Source: Escherichia coli (lineage in GTDB: Bacteria > Pseudomonadota > Gammaproteobacteria > Enterobacterales > Enterobacteriaceae). Taken from it: DNA of 64,000 bases. The DNA is taken from NCBI RefSeq assembly GCF_050920415.1, contig NZ_CP169309.1, one strand, 5' to 3'. The position numbers were made by a program, and so were the translations under genes. A model generated the notes under the pieces. It was not told the origin of the DNA. It saw nothing but the letters and a program-made list of their open reading frames with translations, and did no database searches. Below, piece after piece: positions 21,542 through 33,756 of this stretch. Within the stretch, counting starts at the first letter, position 1. The number at the start of each line of letters is the position of its first letter.

Positions 21542-22210
21542 ATGGTGAAATTAATGAAAAAAAACACAGATGATGGGGCTAAAATTTACACACCACTTAC
21601 CCTAAAGCTTTATGACTGGTGGGTTTTGGGAGTATCAAATCGGCTTGCATGGGGATGTCCTACAAAGGAACACCTTCTTCCACACTTTCTGGAACATTTA
21701 GGTAACAACCATCTGGATATTGGTGTTGGAACTGGGTTTTACCTTACTCACGTACCTGAGAGTAGTCTGATATCTTTAATGGATTTGAACGAAGCTAGCC
21801 TGAACGCGGCATCTACAAGGGCTGGGGAATCAAAAATTAAACATAAAATTAACCATGATGTTTTTGAACCTTATCCCGCGGCGTTACATGGTCAATTTGA
21901 TTCCATTTCCATGTTTTACCTTCTTCACTGCCTGCCTGGAAATATATCTACAAAAAGCTGTGTAATACGCAATGCGGCGCAGGCCTTAACTGACGATGGA
22001 ACTCTATACGGAGCCACAATTCTTGGCGATGGAGTTGTGCACAATAGCTTCGGTCAAAAACTGATGCGCATTTACAATCAGAAAGGCATCTTTTCAAACA
22101 CAAAAGATTCCGAAGAAGGCTTAACACATATACTCTCAGAGCATTTCGAGAATGTTAAAACCAAGGTTCAAGGTACTGTAGTAATGTTTTCCGCTTCAGG
22201 GAAAAAATAG
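21542..22210 (+). CDS. Class I SAM-dependent methyltransferase (ybcY-like)
   Basis: 222-aa ORF with SAM-binding motif I (LDIGVGTGFY); sits between two tfa homologues as ybcY does in DLP12. Confidence 0.6.
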   Translation: MVKLMKKNTDDGAKIYTPLTLKLYDWWVLGVSNRLAWGCPTKEHLLPHFLEHLGNNHLDIGVGTGFYLTHVPESSLISLMDLNEASLNAASTRAGESKIKHKINHDVFEPYPAALHGQFDSISMFYLLHCLPGNISTKSCVIRNAAQALTDDGTLYGATILGDGVVHNSFGQKLMRIYNQKGIFSNTKDSEEGLTHILSEHFENVKTKVQGTVVMFSASGKK

Positions 22211-22575
22211 CATCCAACCGCAGCACGTTCTTGCATAAGGCGTGTCTGCGGTTTTTCAACTATTCAGATACATCACTCCCATCACATTCATTCCTCCGCA
22301 TCATAGGCATATAGGCTATATCACCTTGATATTTTTCTTCTTCAGATAAAAACTGTTATCTATGTATACTTTTAAACCCAATCCGTGTAGAGTCTCTGCA
22401 TAAGATAGTTTGCAGTTGCCACTTCAGCTTGCGCCATAAACCGCCTGATTTTTGCCGCCACCTGTTAGCATTCCTGTATACCTGAAACGACAATGTTTAT
22501 CTACGAACTTTAAGAACACCCAGGATAAAAATTGTCAACTATATCATATATAACACATTACTAATTCGAGGCTAT

Positions 22576-22689
22576 ATGAACAGCATACTGATAATCACTT
22601 CTCTCCTTATCATATTCAGCATTTTTAGTCATGCCCTAATAAAATTAGGGATTGGCATATCCAATAACCCAGACAAAACCGATGTATAA
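22576..22689 (+). CDS. Candidate 37-aa hydrophobic membrane peptide ([37 protein letters not shown])
   Basis: Hand-translated small ORF with GAGG 4 nt upstream of the ATG; single predicted TM helix plus polar tail; AT-rich context. Confidence 0.3.
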
Positions 22690-22724
22690 GTCAACATATC
22701 CTGAATCAGACATACAATATCGCA

Positions 22725-22991
22725 ATGAAAATCAATAATATTTTAAGGAATATCTTCATGAAATCAAAAGACACCCTAAAGTGGTTCCCTGCGCAGCTTC
22801 CTGAAGTAAGAATTATCCTAGGGGATGCTGTAGTGGAAGTAGCAAAACAGGGAAGACCTATCAATACCAGAACATTGCTTGATTACATTGAAGGAAACAT
22901 AAAGAAAAAATCATGGCTGGATAACAAAGAATTATTACAAACAGCGATATCAGTTCTTAAAGACAACCAAAATTTAAATGGTAAAATGTAA
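22725..22991 (+). CDS. Hypothetical 88-aa protein
   Basis: Open frame in AT-rich cargo DNA upstream of the recombinase; no recognised domain. Confidence 0.35.
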   Translation: MKINNILRNIFMKSKDTLKWFPAQLPEVRIILGDAVVEVAKQGRPINTRTLLDYIEGNIKKKSWLDNKELLQTAISVLKDNQNLNGKM

Positions 22992-23307
22992 TATAATAAA
23001 CTTACTTTTTTATCATTTTTCCACTTTAACAACATTTTGCTCCACTTTTCCACGATCAAACAACTTGAAATCTGGTTAAAATAACACGCAACACTATTCT
23101 TCTTCCTTGAGTCCGCCCGGAACTCGAAAAACAAACCGAGTTAAAGCCATTTTTCACAAAATCGATTTTGGGTCTCACCAAAATTACGGGGTTGCATACG
23201 CATTCGTTTATTTTCGAACGTGTACATACAAATATGCACAAAAATAATCAAAATTATTTTCTGAGATGCATTATGATATGAACACCAATTTCGTATAGAG
23301 TCTCACT

Positions 23308-23898
23308 ATGTCTCGAATTTTTGCTTACTGTCGGATATCAACGCTGGATCAGACCATCGAAAATCAACGCCGGGAAATCGAAAGTGCAGGTTTTAAAATC
23401 AAACCTCAGCAAATAATCGAAGAACACATTAGCGGCTCAGCAGCAACCAGTGAGCGTCCTGGTTTTAACCGGTTGCTTGCTCGCCTGAAATGTGGTGATC
23501 AATTGATTGTGACAAAACTGGATCGCCTTGGTTGTAATGCAATGGATATCAGGAAAACAGTGGAACAACTGACCGAAACAGGTATCAGAGTGCATTGCTT
23601 AGCATTGGGGGGCATTGACCTGACCAGTCCAACAGGAAAAATGATGATGCACGTAATTTCAGCAGTCGCTGAATTTGAACGAGACCTTTTACTTGAACGC
23701 ACTCATTCCGGGATAGTAAGAGCCCGCGGCGCAGGGAAACGTTTTGGTCGACCACCTGTGTTAAATGAAGAACAGAAACAGGTGGTATTCGAACGAATTA
23801 AGTCAGGTGTAAGTATAAGTGCCATTGCCCGGGAATTCAAAACCTCGCGGCAAACCATTTTAAGAGCCAAAGCAAAACTTCAGACACCTGACATATAA
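23308..23898 (+). CDS. Small serine recombinase (resolvase/invertase family)
   Basis: 196-aa ORF; N-terminal catalytic motif YCRISTLDQ (Ser nucleophile), resolvase-type core and C-terminal HTH. Confidence 0.85.
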   Translation: MSRIFAYCRISTLDQTIENQRREIESAGFKIKPQQIIEEHISGSAATSERPGFNRLLARLKCGDQLIVTKLDRLGCNAMDIRKTVEQLTETGIRVHCLALGGIDLTSPTGKMMMHVISAVAEFERDLLLERTHSGIVRARGAGKRFGRPPVLNEEQKQVVFERIKSGVSISAIAREFKTSRQTILRAKAKLQTPDI

Positions 23899-23995
23899 AA
23901 AATAATCTCGGTGTGAGATGCTTTACGTCTTCCAAGCCCCCTTCCTTGCCGTAAATGGAAAGATACATCTAATTATAGAATTTATATGTTTTACC

Positions 23996-24571
23996 CTACG
24001 GCAGTGCTGGCCATTCAATATCCTGTGCAGTTGACGTATCAACACGGTTCAGCAACACCCGATACTTTTTCCAGGCTTCCAGCAATGAGGTTTCTTCCTC
24101 CGTTGCGATTTCCAGATCTACAGCATCCTGAAGTGGCGCAATATGCTCACTGGCTACCTGCATCAGGCTGTTTTTTGTTTCTTCCGCCTCTCGGATCCGG
24201 AACAGTTTTTCTGCTTCTGCATCTTTCACCCAGGCTGTGCCGTTCCACTTCTGAAACTCCCCTTCCGGCGATAACCAGGTAACATTTTCCGGTAACGGAC
24301 CGAGTTCAGAAATAAATAACGCGTCCCCTGACGCTACGTCATAAACCGTTTTACCCCGATGGTCTTCAACGAGATGCCACGATGCCTTATCACTGTTGAA
24401 AACAGCCACAAAGCCAGCAGGAATATCTGGTGGTGCAATATCGGTACTGTTTGCTGGCAGACCTGTATGAGGCGGAATATATGCGTCACCTTCACCAATA
24501 AATTCATTAGTTCCGGCCAGCAGATTATAAATTTTTATGGTCCGTGGTTGTTCACTCATTCTGAATGCCAT
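23996..24571 (-). CDS. tfa: Tail fibre assembly protein Tfa
   Basis: 191-aa ORF immediately downstream of stf; lambda Tfa-like. Confidence 0.9.
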   Translation of the reverse strand: MAFRMSEQPRTIKIYNLLAGTNEFIGEGDAYIPPHTGLPANSTDIAPPDIPAGFVAVFNSDKASWHLVEDHRGKTVYDVASGDALFISELGPLPENVTWLSPEGEFQKWNGTAWVKDAEAEKLFRIREAEETKNSLMQVASEHIAPLQDAVDLEIATEEETSLLEAWKKYRVLLNRVDTSTAQDIEWPALP

Positions 24572-27537
24572 TATGCAAGCCTCACAATATAGTTAAATGC
24601 GATGTTTTTGACGGTGTTTTCCGCGTTACCAGCAGCGTTAACGGTGATGGTGTGTCCATGTGAACCAATCGCAACGGAGTGCGTATGAGCACCAATACCG
24701 ACAGTATGCGCGTGTGCACCTGCAGATGCTGCTGTGCCGGACAGTGAATGGCTATGATTACCATCTGTACTGGTATTCGCTAACCACCCCGTAGACATAC
24801 CTACTGAGCCTTGTACACCCCAGGTATTTTGACCTGAGCTTGTATAACCATATTGATAAGTATCTTTAAAAACACTGGGGTTAAATCGACGGCCATCTCT
24901 ATGGCTGTGATTACCAGCTGCATTCGTGCTGCCACTTAAACTATGGGTATGCGCACCAGTGTTATTCGTGGATTTAGTGCCGTAATCAAACGACGATGTG
25001 GTTTTCGTCCCCAAATCCGTACTGGATGCGCTGGCGCTGTGGGTATGCGATTTAATGCCGTCCTGTTCCTGAGACAATACGGCCCGACCACTGGCAGGTT
25101 TGCCCTTAATCGTCCAGCCACGCATATCAGGGATCACGCCTGACGGATAAGCGGCTGCAAGTTTCGGGTATGCAGATTTGTCAAAAGTCTGCCCCTGCAT
25201 CAGGGCATAGCCAGACGGAACGGTATCTGATGGCCACGGGATTGGTGCGCCAGGCGGATAAAACTGCTCTGATGGCGTATAGAGTGAATAAACTGTACCG
25301 TCCGTTAACCCTTCCGGCTTATTAGCAGAATATGCTGGTGACGTATGAATCGTCACGCTGGCATTACTGGTATAATCCCATTGAATATTTACACCAGTCG
25401 CATAATTTCCGATTGCAACGTAAATATCGTAAGTATCACCAGATGTATTGACCCAGGCAAAATTTGTAAACCCTGTCGATGTGCGCTGCCATAAAGCACC
25501 AGTAATCCCCTTCGGATTACCATTACCTGCACGTAAAACAAGTTCAGATATACCTGCCTGTTGAGGTGACCCCACGTTAAATCCAGCGCCACCAATCAAC
25601 GTAATTGAAACAACAGAACTCGCCTGTGGCATGGTTACCGTTGCTAATTTGAACCAACCAGCACCACCGCTGAATGACATTGTTGTTGAGTTAAGCGTAC
25701 CAATATCTTTCGGCGTCAGTGTTATATCCGCTGAAAGCGCCTTACCATTCACCTTACGGGCAGAAGGTACCCGACCATTCGCATTGTCATTAGCTGCTTT
25801 CACTGCTTTCGGTGTCGCAGCAAGCGTTTCAGATGTGCTGTTGGTTGCACTACTGAGCTGGACAATTCCTTTTTGTGCTGTCGTAGCGTCCTGTGCGGTG
25901 TATTTCCCGTTAGCCAGGTCATACGCGGCCTTAACGGCTTTTGGCGTTGCCGCCTGTGACTCGGAAGTGCTGTTAGTCGCACTGCTGAGCTGAACTATCC
26001 CTTTCTGTGCTGTCGTTGCATCCTGTGCGGTGTATTTCCCGTTAGCCAGGTCATACGCGGCCTTAACGGCTTTTGGCGTTGCCGCCTGTGACTCGGAAGT
26101 GCTGTTGGTCGCACTGCTGAGCTGTACTATCCCCTTTTTCGTCGTGCTCGCATCCTCAAGCGCCACGGCGGATGCAATATCCTCTGCCCGTTTTGCTGCT
26201 GTCTCGGCGCGCGTTGCCGCGGATTCCGCCGTACTTTTGCTCTGTGCTGCCGCTGCCGCACTGCCAGCAGCCTCTGTCGCCTTCGTGGATGCCGTCGTGG
26301 CGCTGCCCCTCGCTGCTGACGCCTGTCTGGTCGCCTCATCTTTTGAAGCAGACGCAGATGATGCCGATGACGCCGCCGAACTGGCGGACGATGCGGCAGC
26401 CGTTTTTGAGGATTCTGCGCTGGTTTCCGACGCTTTCGCGTTCGTTTCGGATGTCTTCGCTGCGGAAGCAGACCTCGCTGCTGCGCTGGCCTGTTCAGTG
26501 GCTTCGCCAGCCTTCGTTGTGGCTGTTGAAGCGGATGATGCGGCGCTTTCTGCCGATTTTCCGGCGGCGGTGGCACTGACTGCTGCCTCCTCTGCCTTAA
26601 TGGACGCCTCACGGGCCGATGATGCAGCTGCTGTCTCAGAGTCTGCCGCAGCTGAGGCGCTCTGTTCCGCTGCCGTTTCAGAAGACCTGGCATTCGTCTC
26701 GGACGTTTTTGCCGCCTTCACGGAATTTCCTGCCGCCGTTGCCGAGGAGGCTGCACTGCTGGCGCTTGTGGAGGCGTTCGTTTCTGATGATTTTGCCGCC
26801 TCTTTGGAGGCCGCCGCATCTCTGGCTGAAGTGGCGGCTTCTGACGCTTTCGTCGTCGCAGTGGATGCAGAAGTGGCTGCTGATTTTTGTGACGCTGCAG
26901 CATTCGTTTCTGACGTTTTCGCCGCACCGGCACTGGTGGCCGCCGCGCTTTTTGAGGACTCTGCAGCGGCAGCACTTTTTGATGCTTCAGTGGCCTTTGT
27001 TGATGCCGTTCCTGCGCTGGAAGACGCCTCCTGAGCCGAAGTCGCGGCCTGTCCGGCTGACGTGCTGGCTGCACGCGCTGAGCCTGCAGCATCAGTCGCA
27101 TGGGTTGCCGCCTCACGGGCAGATGTGCCGGCATCACTGGCTGACTTCTTCGCGGCTGCCGTGTTCTGTGCCACCGCGGACGCGTTACGCGTCACCTCTT
27201 CCACCATCAGTTCAAAACGGCGCAGAGCCTCCGGACGGGCATCATCCTCCGTCATGGCACCGAGAAAATCATTCAGCGTACCGGGTCGGGAATCTTCATA
27301 CACGGTGATGGTCCCGGCATGTGACGGCGGGAATCCTTCCACCAACAGAATAACGCTGTACTGACCGTACTCAACGTCCATGCTGTAACGCCCGGCTTCA
27401 TCCGGATTTTCTGAGGCCAGCGTGTTCACCACCACCGTGGTGCTGTTACGTTTTGCTTTCAGCTGGATTGTGCAGTTCTGTACCGGTTTTCCTGTGCCGT
27501 CTTTCAGTACACCTGAAATCTTTACTGCCATATTCAC
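24571..27537 (-). CDS. stf: Side tail fibre protein Stf (long form, Ala/Ser/Thr-rich repeats)
   Basis: 988-aa ORF after lom; conserved phage tail-fibre N-terminus ([17 protein letters not shown]...), internal 44-aa tandem repeats, C-terminal receptor-binding region. Confidence 0.9.
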   Translation of the reverse strand: MNMAVKISGVLKDGTGKPVQNCTIQLKAKRNSTTVVVNTLASENPDEAGRYSMDVEYGQYSVILLVEGFPPSHAGTITVYEDSRPGTLNDFLGAMTEDDARPEALRRFELMVEEVTRNASAVAQNTAAAKKSASDAGTSAREAATHATDAAGSARAASTSAGQAATSAQEASSSAGTASTKATEASKSAAAAESSKSAAATSAGAAKTSETNAAASQKSAATSASTATTKASEAATSARDAAASKEAAKSSETNASTSASSAASSATAAGNSVKAAKTSETNARSSETAAEQSASAAADSETAAASSAREASIKAEEAAVSATAAGKSAESAASSASTATTKAGEATEQASAAARSASAAKTSETNAKASETSAESSKTAAASSASSAASSASSASASKDEATRQASAARGSATTASTKATEAAGSAAAAAQSKSTAESAATRAETAAKRAEDIASAVALEDASTTKKGIVQLSSATNSTSESQAATPKAVKAAYDLANGKYTAQDATTAQKGIVQLSSATNSTSESQAATPKAVKAAYDLANGKYTAQDATTAQKGIVQLSSATNSTSETLAATPKAVKAANDNANGRVPSARKVNGKALSADITLTPKDIGTLNSTTMSFSGGAGWFKLATVTMPQASSVVSITLIGGAGFNVGSPQQAGISELVLRAGNGNPKGITGALWQRTSTGFTNFAWVNTSGDTYDIYVAIGNYATGVNIQWDYTSNASVTIHTSPAYSANKPEGLTDGTVYSLYTPSEQFYPPGAPIPWPSDTVPSGYALMQGQTFDKSAYPKLAAAYPSGVIPDMRGWTIKGKPASGRAVLSQEQDGIKSHTHSASASSTDLGTKTTSSFDYGTKSTNNTGAHTHSLSGSTNAAGNHSHRDGRRFNPSVFKDTYQYGYTSSGQNTWGVQGSVGMSTGWLANTSTDGNHSHSLSGTAASAGAHAHTVGIGAHTHSVAIGSHGHTITVNAAGNAENTVKNIAFNYIVRLA
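25795..26165. repeat. Approx. 132-bp tandem direct repeats (about 3 copies) inside stf
   Basis: Near-identical DNA blocks encode repeated [44 protein letters not shown] units; boundaries approximate. Confidence 0.7.
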
Positions 27538-27595
27538 CCCACAAAAAAGCCCGCCTGAACCGGCGGGCTGTCATAACACTGTGTTACCTGGCTAA

Positions 27596-28195
27596 TCAGA
27601 ACTTATAACCGACACCCACGATGAAACCGTCAGTGCGCCAGTCGCCACTGCCGGAGCCTTCATAAGCAATATCAATGGCCACGGATTCGGTCGGGTTAAA
27701 CTGCACGCCAGCTCCCCACGCCAGAGACGTGTTGCTGTGGCGACCGTCATCACTTCCGGTCAGCACGTCGTGCGTTTTCCCCTTGTTGTCAGTTACGCGG
27801 AGATAATCCCCGGAGAAAGTCGACACACGGCTGTAAGCCACACCCGCCATCGCATACGCGCTGAACCATTCATTCACGCGCACAGACGGCCCCGCCATTA
27901 CGCTGAACCAGCGGTTACGAACGGAATCTTCATGCCAGCGAGTATCGCTGTAATGGGTCAGCTGGCGATTCTTGTCTCCTGCATAGCTGAATGACGTCAC
28001 CAGCCCCAGCGTATCCGTAAACTCATAACGGTATTTCACGTTAATCCCGTTCAGATCATCACTGCCGGGAACGTTGGTCCGGGCATGAAGATACCCCGCG
28101 CTCAGCGTGGACTGATGTTCAGACGCCCATGCAGGCGCACCGGATACGGCCAGACAAATGGCTGCGGACAAAATGGCGGCACAAACTTTACGCAT
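27596..28195 (-). CDS. lom: Lom outer-membrane protein (Ail/Lom family)
   Basis: 199-aa ORF with signal peptide, near-identical to lambda Lom; canonical position after J. Confidence 0.92.
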   Translation of the reverse strand: MRKVCAAILSAAICLAVSGAPAWASEHQSTLSAGYLHARTNVPGSDDLNGINVKYRYEFTDTLGLVTSFSYAGDKNRQLTHYSDTRWHEDSVRNRWFSVMAGPSVRVNEWFSAYAMAGVAYSRVSTFSGDYLRVTDNKGKTHDVLTGSDDGRHSNTSLAWGAGVQFNPTESVAIDIAYEGSGSGDWRTDGFIVGVGYKF

Positions 28196-28265
28196 AATTA
28201 CCTCTCGCTTTTCTGCAATAAAAAAGGCGTCATTCCTGACGCCATTTATTGGGGTTATAAATATT

Positions 28266-31200
28266 TCAACGAATACTGATGCCGGAAGCCGCTTTTTTGG
28301 TCACAATCACCGTACAGTCGGTGATATTGCCTGCCCCCTGATTGCCTTTCTGGAAAATCTTAAACTCCAGAGTGACGCTACCACCACCACTAGGCATATC
28401 AATAACTGCACTGTAACTACCGGGAATGGCCCCTTTAGTTTCTCTGGATGCGATTAATACGCCGTTTTTGCGAACTTCAAAACCATAACCCGTGTATCGC
28501 GTGCCTCCTGGGTTATTTCCGCTCCCCGGATCGTCATACGCTATACCGTTAAAAATAATGGGCGGAATAATAATCTGGCGGTCAAAGTTATGATCATCGC
28601 TGATGGTGACTGTAACCGTACCGTTTGGTGTTTCCGTGTTACCCCACGTACCGACTTTTTTCGGGAAGGCTTTTGATACAGCTTTAACGAAATCCCCTCT
28701 GACCTGGGTCGCCTCCAGCATGCCCTTAATCGTACAGTTTTCATTTACCGTGACATTGTTGAGCGTTCCTGAGTTCGCATTCACACTACCACTGATATCC
28801 GCATTTTTAGCGGTCAGCTTTCCGTCTGATGTCAGGGAAAATACCGGAGGACTGCCACCGCTGGTAATGGTGGGGGCTGTCAGGCGCTTCAGGAACACGT
28901 CGTTCATGAATATCTGGTTGCCCTGCGCCACAAACATCGGCGTTTCATTCCCGTTTGCCGGGTCAATAAACGCGATACGATTGGCGGCAACCAGAAACTG
29001 GCTCAGCTTGCCTTCCTCCGTGTCCTCCATGCTGAGGCCAATACCCGCGACATAATGTTTGCCGTCTTTGGTCTGCTCAATTTTGACGCCCCACATAGCA
29101 TTCCATTTATCGTTAGCGTCCTTCCACTCTTTCGAAAACTCATCCAGTCTGCTGGCGTTATCCTCCGTCAGGTCGACTTTTTCCAGCAGCTCTTTACCGA
29201 GATGGGATTCGGTTATCTTGCCTTTGAAAAAATCCAGGTAACCTTCCGCATCATCGCTCGCCCGACCGACGGCCTCCACGAATGCCGATTTGCCAACGGT
29301 GTTCACACTGCGGATATAAAAGTAATAATCATGGCCCGGTTTGATATTGATACTGGCGGCTATCCAGTACAGCCCCGTGCCAAGGTAGCGGGCTGTGGTT
29401 TCAACCTGCCTGATATCGGTAATCCGCGTTTCCGAGAACCAGAACTCAAACTGTACCGTCGGATCATAAACCGCAAGATGCGGCGTGGCGGTTATCTGAA
29501 AATAGCCCGGCGTCAGCTCAATCCGCGACGGCGCTGCCGGGGCGGCAATCCGGAACGATACCGACGCCGGATCGCCCTGCTGTCCCCGGGCATTTACCGC
29601 TCGGACCGTCAGCGTGTAACGCCCCAGCGTCAGTTGCCTGAAGCGGTAAGTGGTTTCCGTCGTCCGGGCCGTGCTGACCAGCCGCTCACTGCCGTCATCG
29701 GCGGCCACGGTCAGGCGAAGCATAAAGCTCACGCCCTTCACCACCTTCGGCGTATCCCAGCGCGCCAGCACCTGGTATTCCCCGCTGTCTGCGGTGACTT
29801 CGGCGGTCAGGTGCTGCACCGCTGGCGGCGTGACACCATTCACCGTGCCGCTCTGGTCGCCGTCAAAGTGCGCCCCGTTATCCACGATGGCTTCTTTTTC
29901 CGGTACATGCTGCACGGCGGTGATGGCATACGTGCCGTCGTCGTTCTCACGGATACTCACGCAGCGGAACAGGCGCTGGCGCAGCGTCGGCAGCTTCAGC
30001 CCCCACACGCTGTATTCAGCAACGCCGTCAGGAACACGGCTCACTTTCACCTTCACGCCGTCGGTGACGGACTGAACCTCCACGCTGACCGGATTGCCAC
30101 TTCCGTCAACCAGGCTTATCAGCGTGGTACCGGAGGATGGCAGCGTGATTTCACGGTCGAGCGTCAGCGTCCGGGTCTGGCTGTTTACCGCCAGCACGCG
30201 ACCACCGGTGCTGATACCGGCATAGTCATCATCGCAGATTTCAATGACATCGCCCGGTACATGGCGAAGCCCTTCAGCACCCACGCTGAAGTCCACGGTC
30301 TGCGTTTCCAGCAGTTCCGTTTTAATCAGCCACAGCCCGGCGCGGTGCGCCTGCCCCCGGCTGGTACAGCCAAAGGCATCCATCTTCGTGACGTTACGAC
30401 CGTAACGGGCAATGGCCTGCGCATCTTCAACAAGCTCTGTCGCCGTCTCCCAGCCGTTATCCGGGTCAATCCAGTTCACCTCAACGGCATTATGGCGGTC
30501 CTTCAGGGCGCTGAAACTGTAGCGGAACGGCGCGCCATCATCCGGCATCACCACATTACTGCGGTTATAGGTCCACACCTTATCTGATGGTCGGTCCTGC
30601 ACGAACGTCAGCGTCTGCCCGTTCCATACCGGCATACAGCGCATCGCCGAGCAGAAATCACTGAGCACATCCCACGCCTTACGCTGCGTGGTCAGGTAGG
30701 CATTACAGGTGATGCGCGGCTCCGTGCCGCCAAAACCGTCCGGCACTGACTGGTCGCAGTACTGGCCGATGACATACAGCGCCCATTTATCCACATCCGC
30801 CGCACCAAGACGTTTCCCCATGCCGTAGCGCGGATGGGTCAGCATATCCCACAGACACCAGGCCATGTTGTTGCTGTATGCCGGTTTAAACGTTCCGTCC
30901 CAGATACCGCTGTATTGCCGCGTCTGCGGGTTATAGTTCGACGGCACCTGCAGAATGCGCCCGCGCAGATGATAATTACGGCTCACCTGCTGGCTGCCGA
31001 ACTGCTCCGAATCCACCTGCACGCCGACCAGTGCCGTGTTCGGGTAGCCCTGTTTCACATCGATGATTTCGGTGTATGACGACCAGAGCGTTTTGTTCTG
31101 CAGCTGGTCTGTGGTGCTGTCCGGCGTCATCCTGCGCATCCGGATATTAAACGGGCGCGGCGGCAGGCTACCCACCACCACCGAGGCCAGATACTGCGAG

Positions 31201-31679
31201 GTGGTTTTGCCCTTAATGGTGATGTCTTTTTCCGTCACCCAGCCACCGTTACGTTGTATCTGAACCAGCAGACGGACTTCCGACGGATTCCTGTCACCCT
31301 TTGAGGTGGTTTCCACCAGTGCCTGTACACCGAAGGTAAAGCGCAGACGGTCGATGTTTGCAGACGTAATGGTGCGGGTGATCGGCGTGTCATATTTCAC
31401 TTCCGTACCCAGCACCGTCTCGGAGCCGGAGGATTCAAACCCCTCCGGCGGTGTCTGCTCCTGCTCACCGGCACGGAACACCACCGTGACACCGGAGATG
31501 TTGGTATTCCCCTCAGTGTCCAGCACCGGCGTACTGTTCAGCAGCACGCTTTTTAATCCATCCACCGGACCTTCAACCGGCCCTTCGCTGATGGCATCGA
31601 TCACACTCAGCAACTGCGTGGACTTCAGGTTGTCCTTCGCTTCGCGCGGGGTATGCCCCTTACTGCTTCCTTTACCCAT
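28266..31679 (-). CDS. J: Tail tip host-specificity protein J
   Basis: 1137-aa ORF matching lambda J ([26 protein letters not shown]...). Confidence 0.95.
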   Translation of the reverse strand: MGKGSSKGHTPREAKDNLKSTQLLSVIDAISEGPVEGPVDGLKSVLLNSTPVLDTEGNTNISGVTVVFRAGEQEQTPPEGFESSGSETVLGTEVKYDTPITRTITSANIDRLRFTFGVQALVETTSKGDRNPSEVRLLVQIQRNGGWVTEKDITIKGKTTSQYLASVVVGSLPPRPFNIRMRRMTPDSTTDQLQNKTLWSSYTEIIDVKQGYPNTALVGVQVDSEQFGSQQVSRNYHLRGRILQVPSNYNPQTRQYSGIWDGTFKPAYSNNMAWCLWDMLTHPRYGMGKRLGAADVDKWALYVIGQYCDQSVPDGFGGTEPRITCNAYLTTQRKAWDVLSDFCSAMRCMPVWNGQTLTFVQDRPSDKVWTYNRSNVVMPDDGAPFRYSFSALKDRHNAVEVNWIDPDNGWETATELVEDAQAIARYGRNVTKMDAFGCTSRGQAHRAGLWLIKTELLETQTVDFSVGAEGLRHVPGDVIEICDDDYAGISTGGRVLAVNSQTRTLTLDREITLPSSGTTLISLVDGSGNPVSVEVQSVTDGVKVKVSRVPDGVAEYSVWGLKLPTLRQRLFRCVSIRENDDGTYAITAVQHVPEKEAIVDNGAHFDGDQSGTVNGVTPPAVQHLTAEVTADSGEYQVLARWDTPKVVKGVSFMLRLTVAADDGSERLVSTARTTETTYRFRQLTLGRYTLTVRAVNARGQQGDPASVSFRIAAPAAPSRIELTPGYFQITATPHLAVYDPTVQFEFWFSETRITDIRQVETTARYLGTGLYWIAASINIKPGHDYYFYIRSVNTVGKSAFVEAVGRASDDAEGYLDFFKGKITESHLGKELLEKVDLTEDNASRLDEFSKEWKDANDKWNAMWGVKIEQTKDGKHYVAGIGLSMEDTEEGKLSQFLVAANRIAFIDPANGNETPMFVAQGNQIFMNDVFLKRLTAPTITSGGSPPVFSLTSDGKLTAKNADISGSVNANSGTLNNVTVNENCTIKGMLEATQVRGDFVKAVSKAFPKKVGTWGNTETPNGTVTVTISDDHNFDRQIIIPPIIFNGIAYDDPGSGNNPGGTRYTGYGFEVRKNGVLIASRETKGAIPGSYSAVIDMPSGGGSVTLEFKIFQKGNQGAGNITDCTVIVTKKAASGISIR

Positions 31680-31739
31680 TCCTCACGCTCCATAAATGAC
31701 AAAACCGCCCGCAGGCGGTTTCACATAAAACATTTTGCA

Positions 31740-32411
31740 TCAGCGACCAATCACCACAACCTGACCACCGTCCCCTTCGTCTGCCGTGCTGATCTCCTGA
31801 GAAACCACGCGTGACCCCACGCGCATTTCCCCGTACAGAACAGGCAGAACATTGCCCTGGGCAACCATGTTATCCAGTGAGGAGAAATAGGTGTTCTGCT
31901 TACCGTTATCCGTTGTCTGTGTACGGGGAGTTCTGGCTTTCGGTGCCAGCATCTGCGCCACACCACCGAGCACCATACTGGCACCGAGAGAAAACAGGAT
32001 GCCGGTCATACCACCGGCCCCAATGGCTGCCCCCCATGCTGCAAGGGTGGCTCCGGCGGTAAAGAATGATCCGGCAATGGCGGCAGCCCCCAGGACAATC
32101 TGGAATACGCCACCTGACTTGGCCCCGGCGACTCTGGGAACAATATGAATCACAGCGCCATCAGGCAGAGTCTCATGTAACTGCGCCGTTAACCCGGACG
32201 TGCTGACGTCCCGCCCGGCAATCCGTACCTGATACCAGCCGTCGCTCAGTTTCTGACGAAACGCCGGGAGCTGTGTGGCCAGTGCCCGGATGGCTTCAGC
32301 CCCCGTTTTCACACGAAGGTCGATGCGGCGACCAAATCGTTGTAAATCCCCGTAAAGGCAGATGCGCGCCATGCCCGGTGACGCCAGAGGGAGTGTGTGC
32401 GTCGCTGCCAT
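31740..32411 (-). CDS. I: Tail assembly protein I
   Basis: 223-aa ORF, lambda gpI length, overlaps K as in lambda. Confidence 0.9.
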   Translation of the reverse strand: MAATHTLPLASPGMARICLYGDLQRFGRRIDLRVKTGAEAIRALATQLPAFRQKLSDGWYQVRIAGRDVSTSGLTAQLHETLPDGAVIHIVPRVAGAKSGGVFQIVLGAAAIAGSFFTAGATLAAWGAAIGAGGMTGILFSLGASMVLGGVAQMLAPKARTPRTQTTDNGKQNTYFSSLDNMVAQGNVLPVLYGEMRVGSRVVSQEISTADEGDGGQVVVIGR

Positions 32412-33052
32412 TTGTCGGTGTACCTCTCTCGTTTGCTCAGTTGTTCAGGAATATGGTGCAGCAGCTCGCCGTCGCCGCAGTAAATTGCGGCGTGATTCGG
32501 CACCGATGAACCAAAACAGCACAGCAGCACATCGCCCGGCTGTGCCGCTGACAACGGCACCTGATACAGCCCCGTCGCCTCCAGATTATCCAGATAGAGA
32601 TTCTGGCCGTTACGCCACCAGTCATCCTCACGATGAAAGTCCGGCATCTCAATCCCCGCCAGATGATAAGCATCCCGGAACAGTGTGTAACAGTCCGTCA
32701 CACCGTGCTCAAAGCGCCGCCCGGTGAGATGCGGCACACAGCGGAACTTATGAATCGTCCCCCGGCAGACCAGCCACCACGGCAAATCACTCTGCACCTG
32801 CAGCCGCCGGTCGGCCTCACTCAGCCAGGGCAGACCACCGGGGTGGCTGTGGACCAGCGCCACAATCTCACCCTGCATTTCTGCCTGCAGCCAGTCTTCC
32901 GGCGACATACGGAAATACGCCTCCGGCTCACCGGAGATATTCACGCAGGGGAAATATCTTTCCCCCTCCGGCGTGCTTACCACGAAGCCGCACGACTCCG
33001 CTGGCGCACATCGCCGGGCGTGCGCCAGAATCGCTGATTCTGTCTGTGTCAT
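32309..33052 (-). CDS. K: Tail assembly protein K (NlpC/P60-like)
   Basis: ORF directly after L in lambda order; Cys/His peptidase-like motifs. Confidence 0.88.
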   Translation of the reverse strand: MTQTESAILAHARRCAPAESCGFVVSTPEGERYFPCVNISGEPEAYFRMSPEDWLQAEMQGEIVALVHSHPGGLPWLSEADRRLQVQSDLPWWLVCRGTIHKFRCVPHLTGRRFEHGVTDCYTLFRDAYHLAGIEMPDFHREDDWWRNGQNLYLDNLEATGLYQVPLSAAQPGDVLLCCFGSSVPNHAAIYCGDGELLHHIPEQLSKRERYTDKWQRRTHSLWRHRAWRASAFTGIYNDLVAASTFV

Positions 33053-33057
33053 GGGAT

Positions 33058-33756
33058 TTACTGCGAAAGTTTGTTAATGGAAAGGAAGCCGCCAAAGTTG
33101 CCGACGTTATTGCGGAACTTACAACCGCTCAGGCATTTGCTGCATTTATCCTTCGTGATATCGGACGTTGGCTGGTCATATTCATCCGCGACAGCCGGAC
33201 CGCTATAACCGCACTCGTCACCGCGATAGGTCCAGGTGCAGGTGTTGGCCAGCATGATACGTCCCGGAAAAACAGCGCCATCCGTTTCCGTCGGCGTGGA
33301 CAGTACAAAGGAGGCACTCACCGCGCTCAGTTCGCTGCACTGCTCAATGCGCCAGCGGCTGATCACCTCCTGCTCCGGATCGGCATAACTGTTTCCGTTG
33401 ACGAAGTTCACCGCATCCAGAAAACGGGCGTAAACCTTACGCCGGACCACCGTTCCGCCGACCAGACTCTGCATATCTTCCGCCATCCCGGTGACCATAC
33501 CGTACAGGTTAGAAACCGTCAGCGTGGGGCGCGTACTGGTGCCTTTGCCATTCAGTTCAAAACCGCTCCCCTGAATGGGATACGGCTGATACTGTCGCCC
33601 CTGCCAGGTGACCGGCTCACCTTTTTCGTTCTGCTCATTACAGAAAAAATAACGTTCTCCACCGACCTCTGTCAGGTCGATTTCCCAGAGCACCACGCTG
33701 GCCGACTGCTCCGCACGGGTGCATTCATTCAGTGTTTCCTGCCGGATATCCTGCAT
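33058..33756 (-). CDS. L: Minor tail protein L
   Basis: 232-aa ORF, lambda gpL length and order. Confidence 0.9.
   Translation of the reverse strand: MQDIRQETLNECTRAEQSASVVLWEIDLTEVGGERYFFCNEQNEKGEPVTWQGRQYQPYPIQGSGFELNGKGTSTRPTLTVSNLYGMVTGMAEDMQSLVGGTVVRRKVYARFLDAVNFVNGNSYADPEQEVISRWRIEQCSELSAVSASFVLSTPTETDGAVFPGRIMLANTCTWTYRGDECGYSGPAVADEYDQPTSDITKDKCSKCLSGCKFRNNVGNFGGFLSINKLSQ

Noticed and set aside
25631-27364. Multiple long ORFs on both strands (for example 26030-27034 plus, 334 aa; 26127-26693 minus) inside stf
   Set aside because: They arise from the GC-rich, Ala-codon-rich repetitive stf coding sequence, which is open in several frames; only the minus-strand stf frame has phage tail-fibre N- and C-terminal homology.
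23308-27537. Possible Pin/Gin-type invertible tail-fibre segment (shufflon) driven by the serine recombinase
   Set aside because: Both tfa homologues and stf are on the same strand, with no inverted alternative stf/tfa copy between tfa and the recombinase, and I could not find inverted crossover sites by eye. Left as something to check, not called.
29055-30587. 510-aa plus-strand ORF antisense to J
   Set aside because: It lies entirely within the lambda-J-matching frame on the opposite strand; no RBS or homology; antisense artefact.
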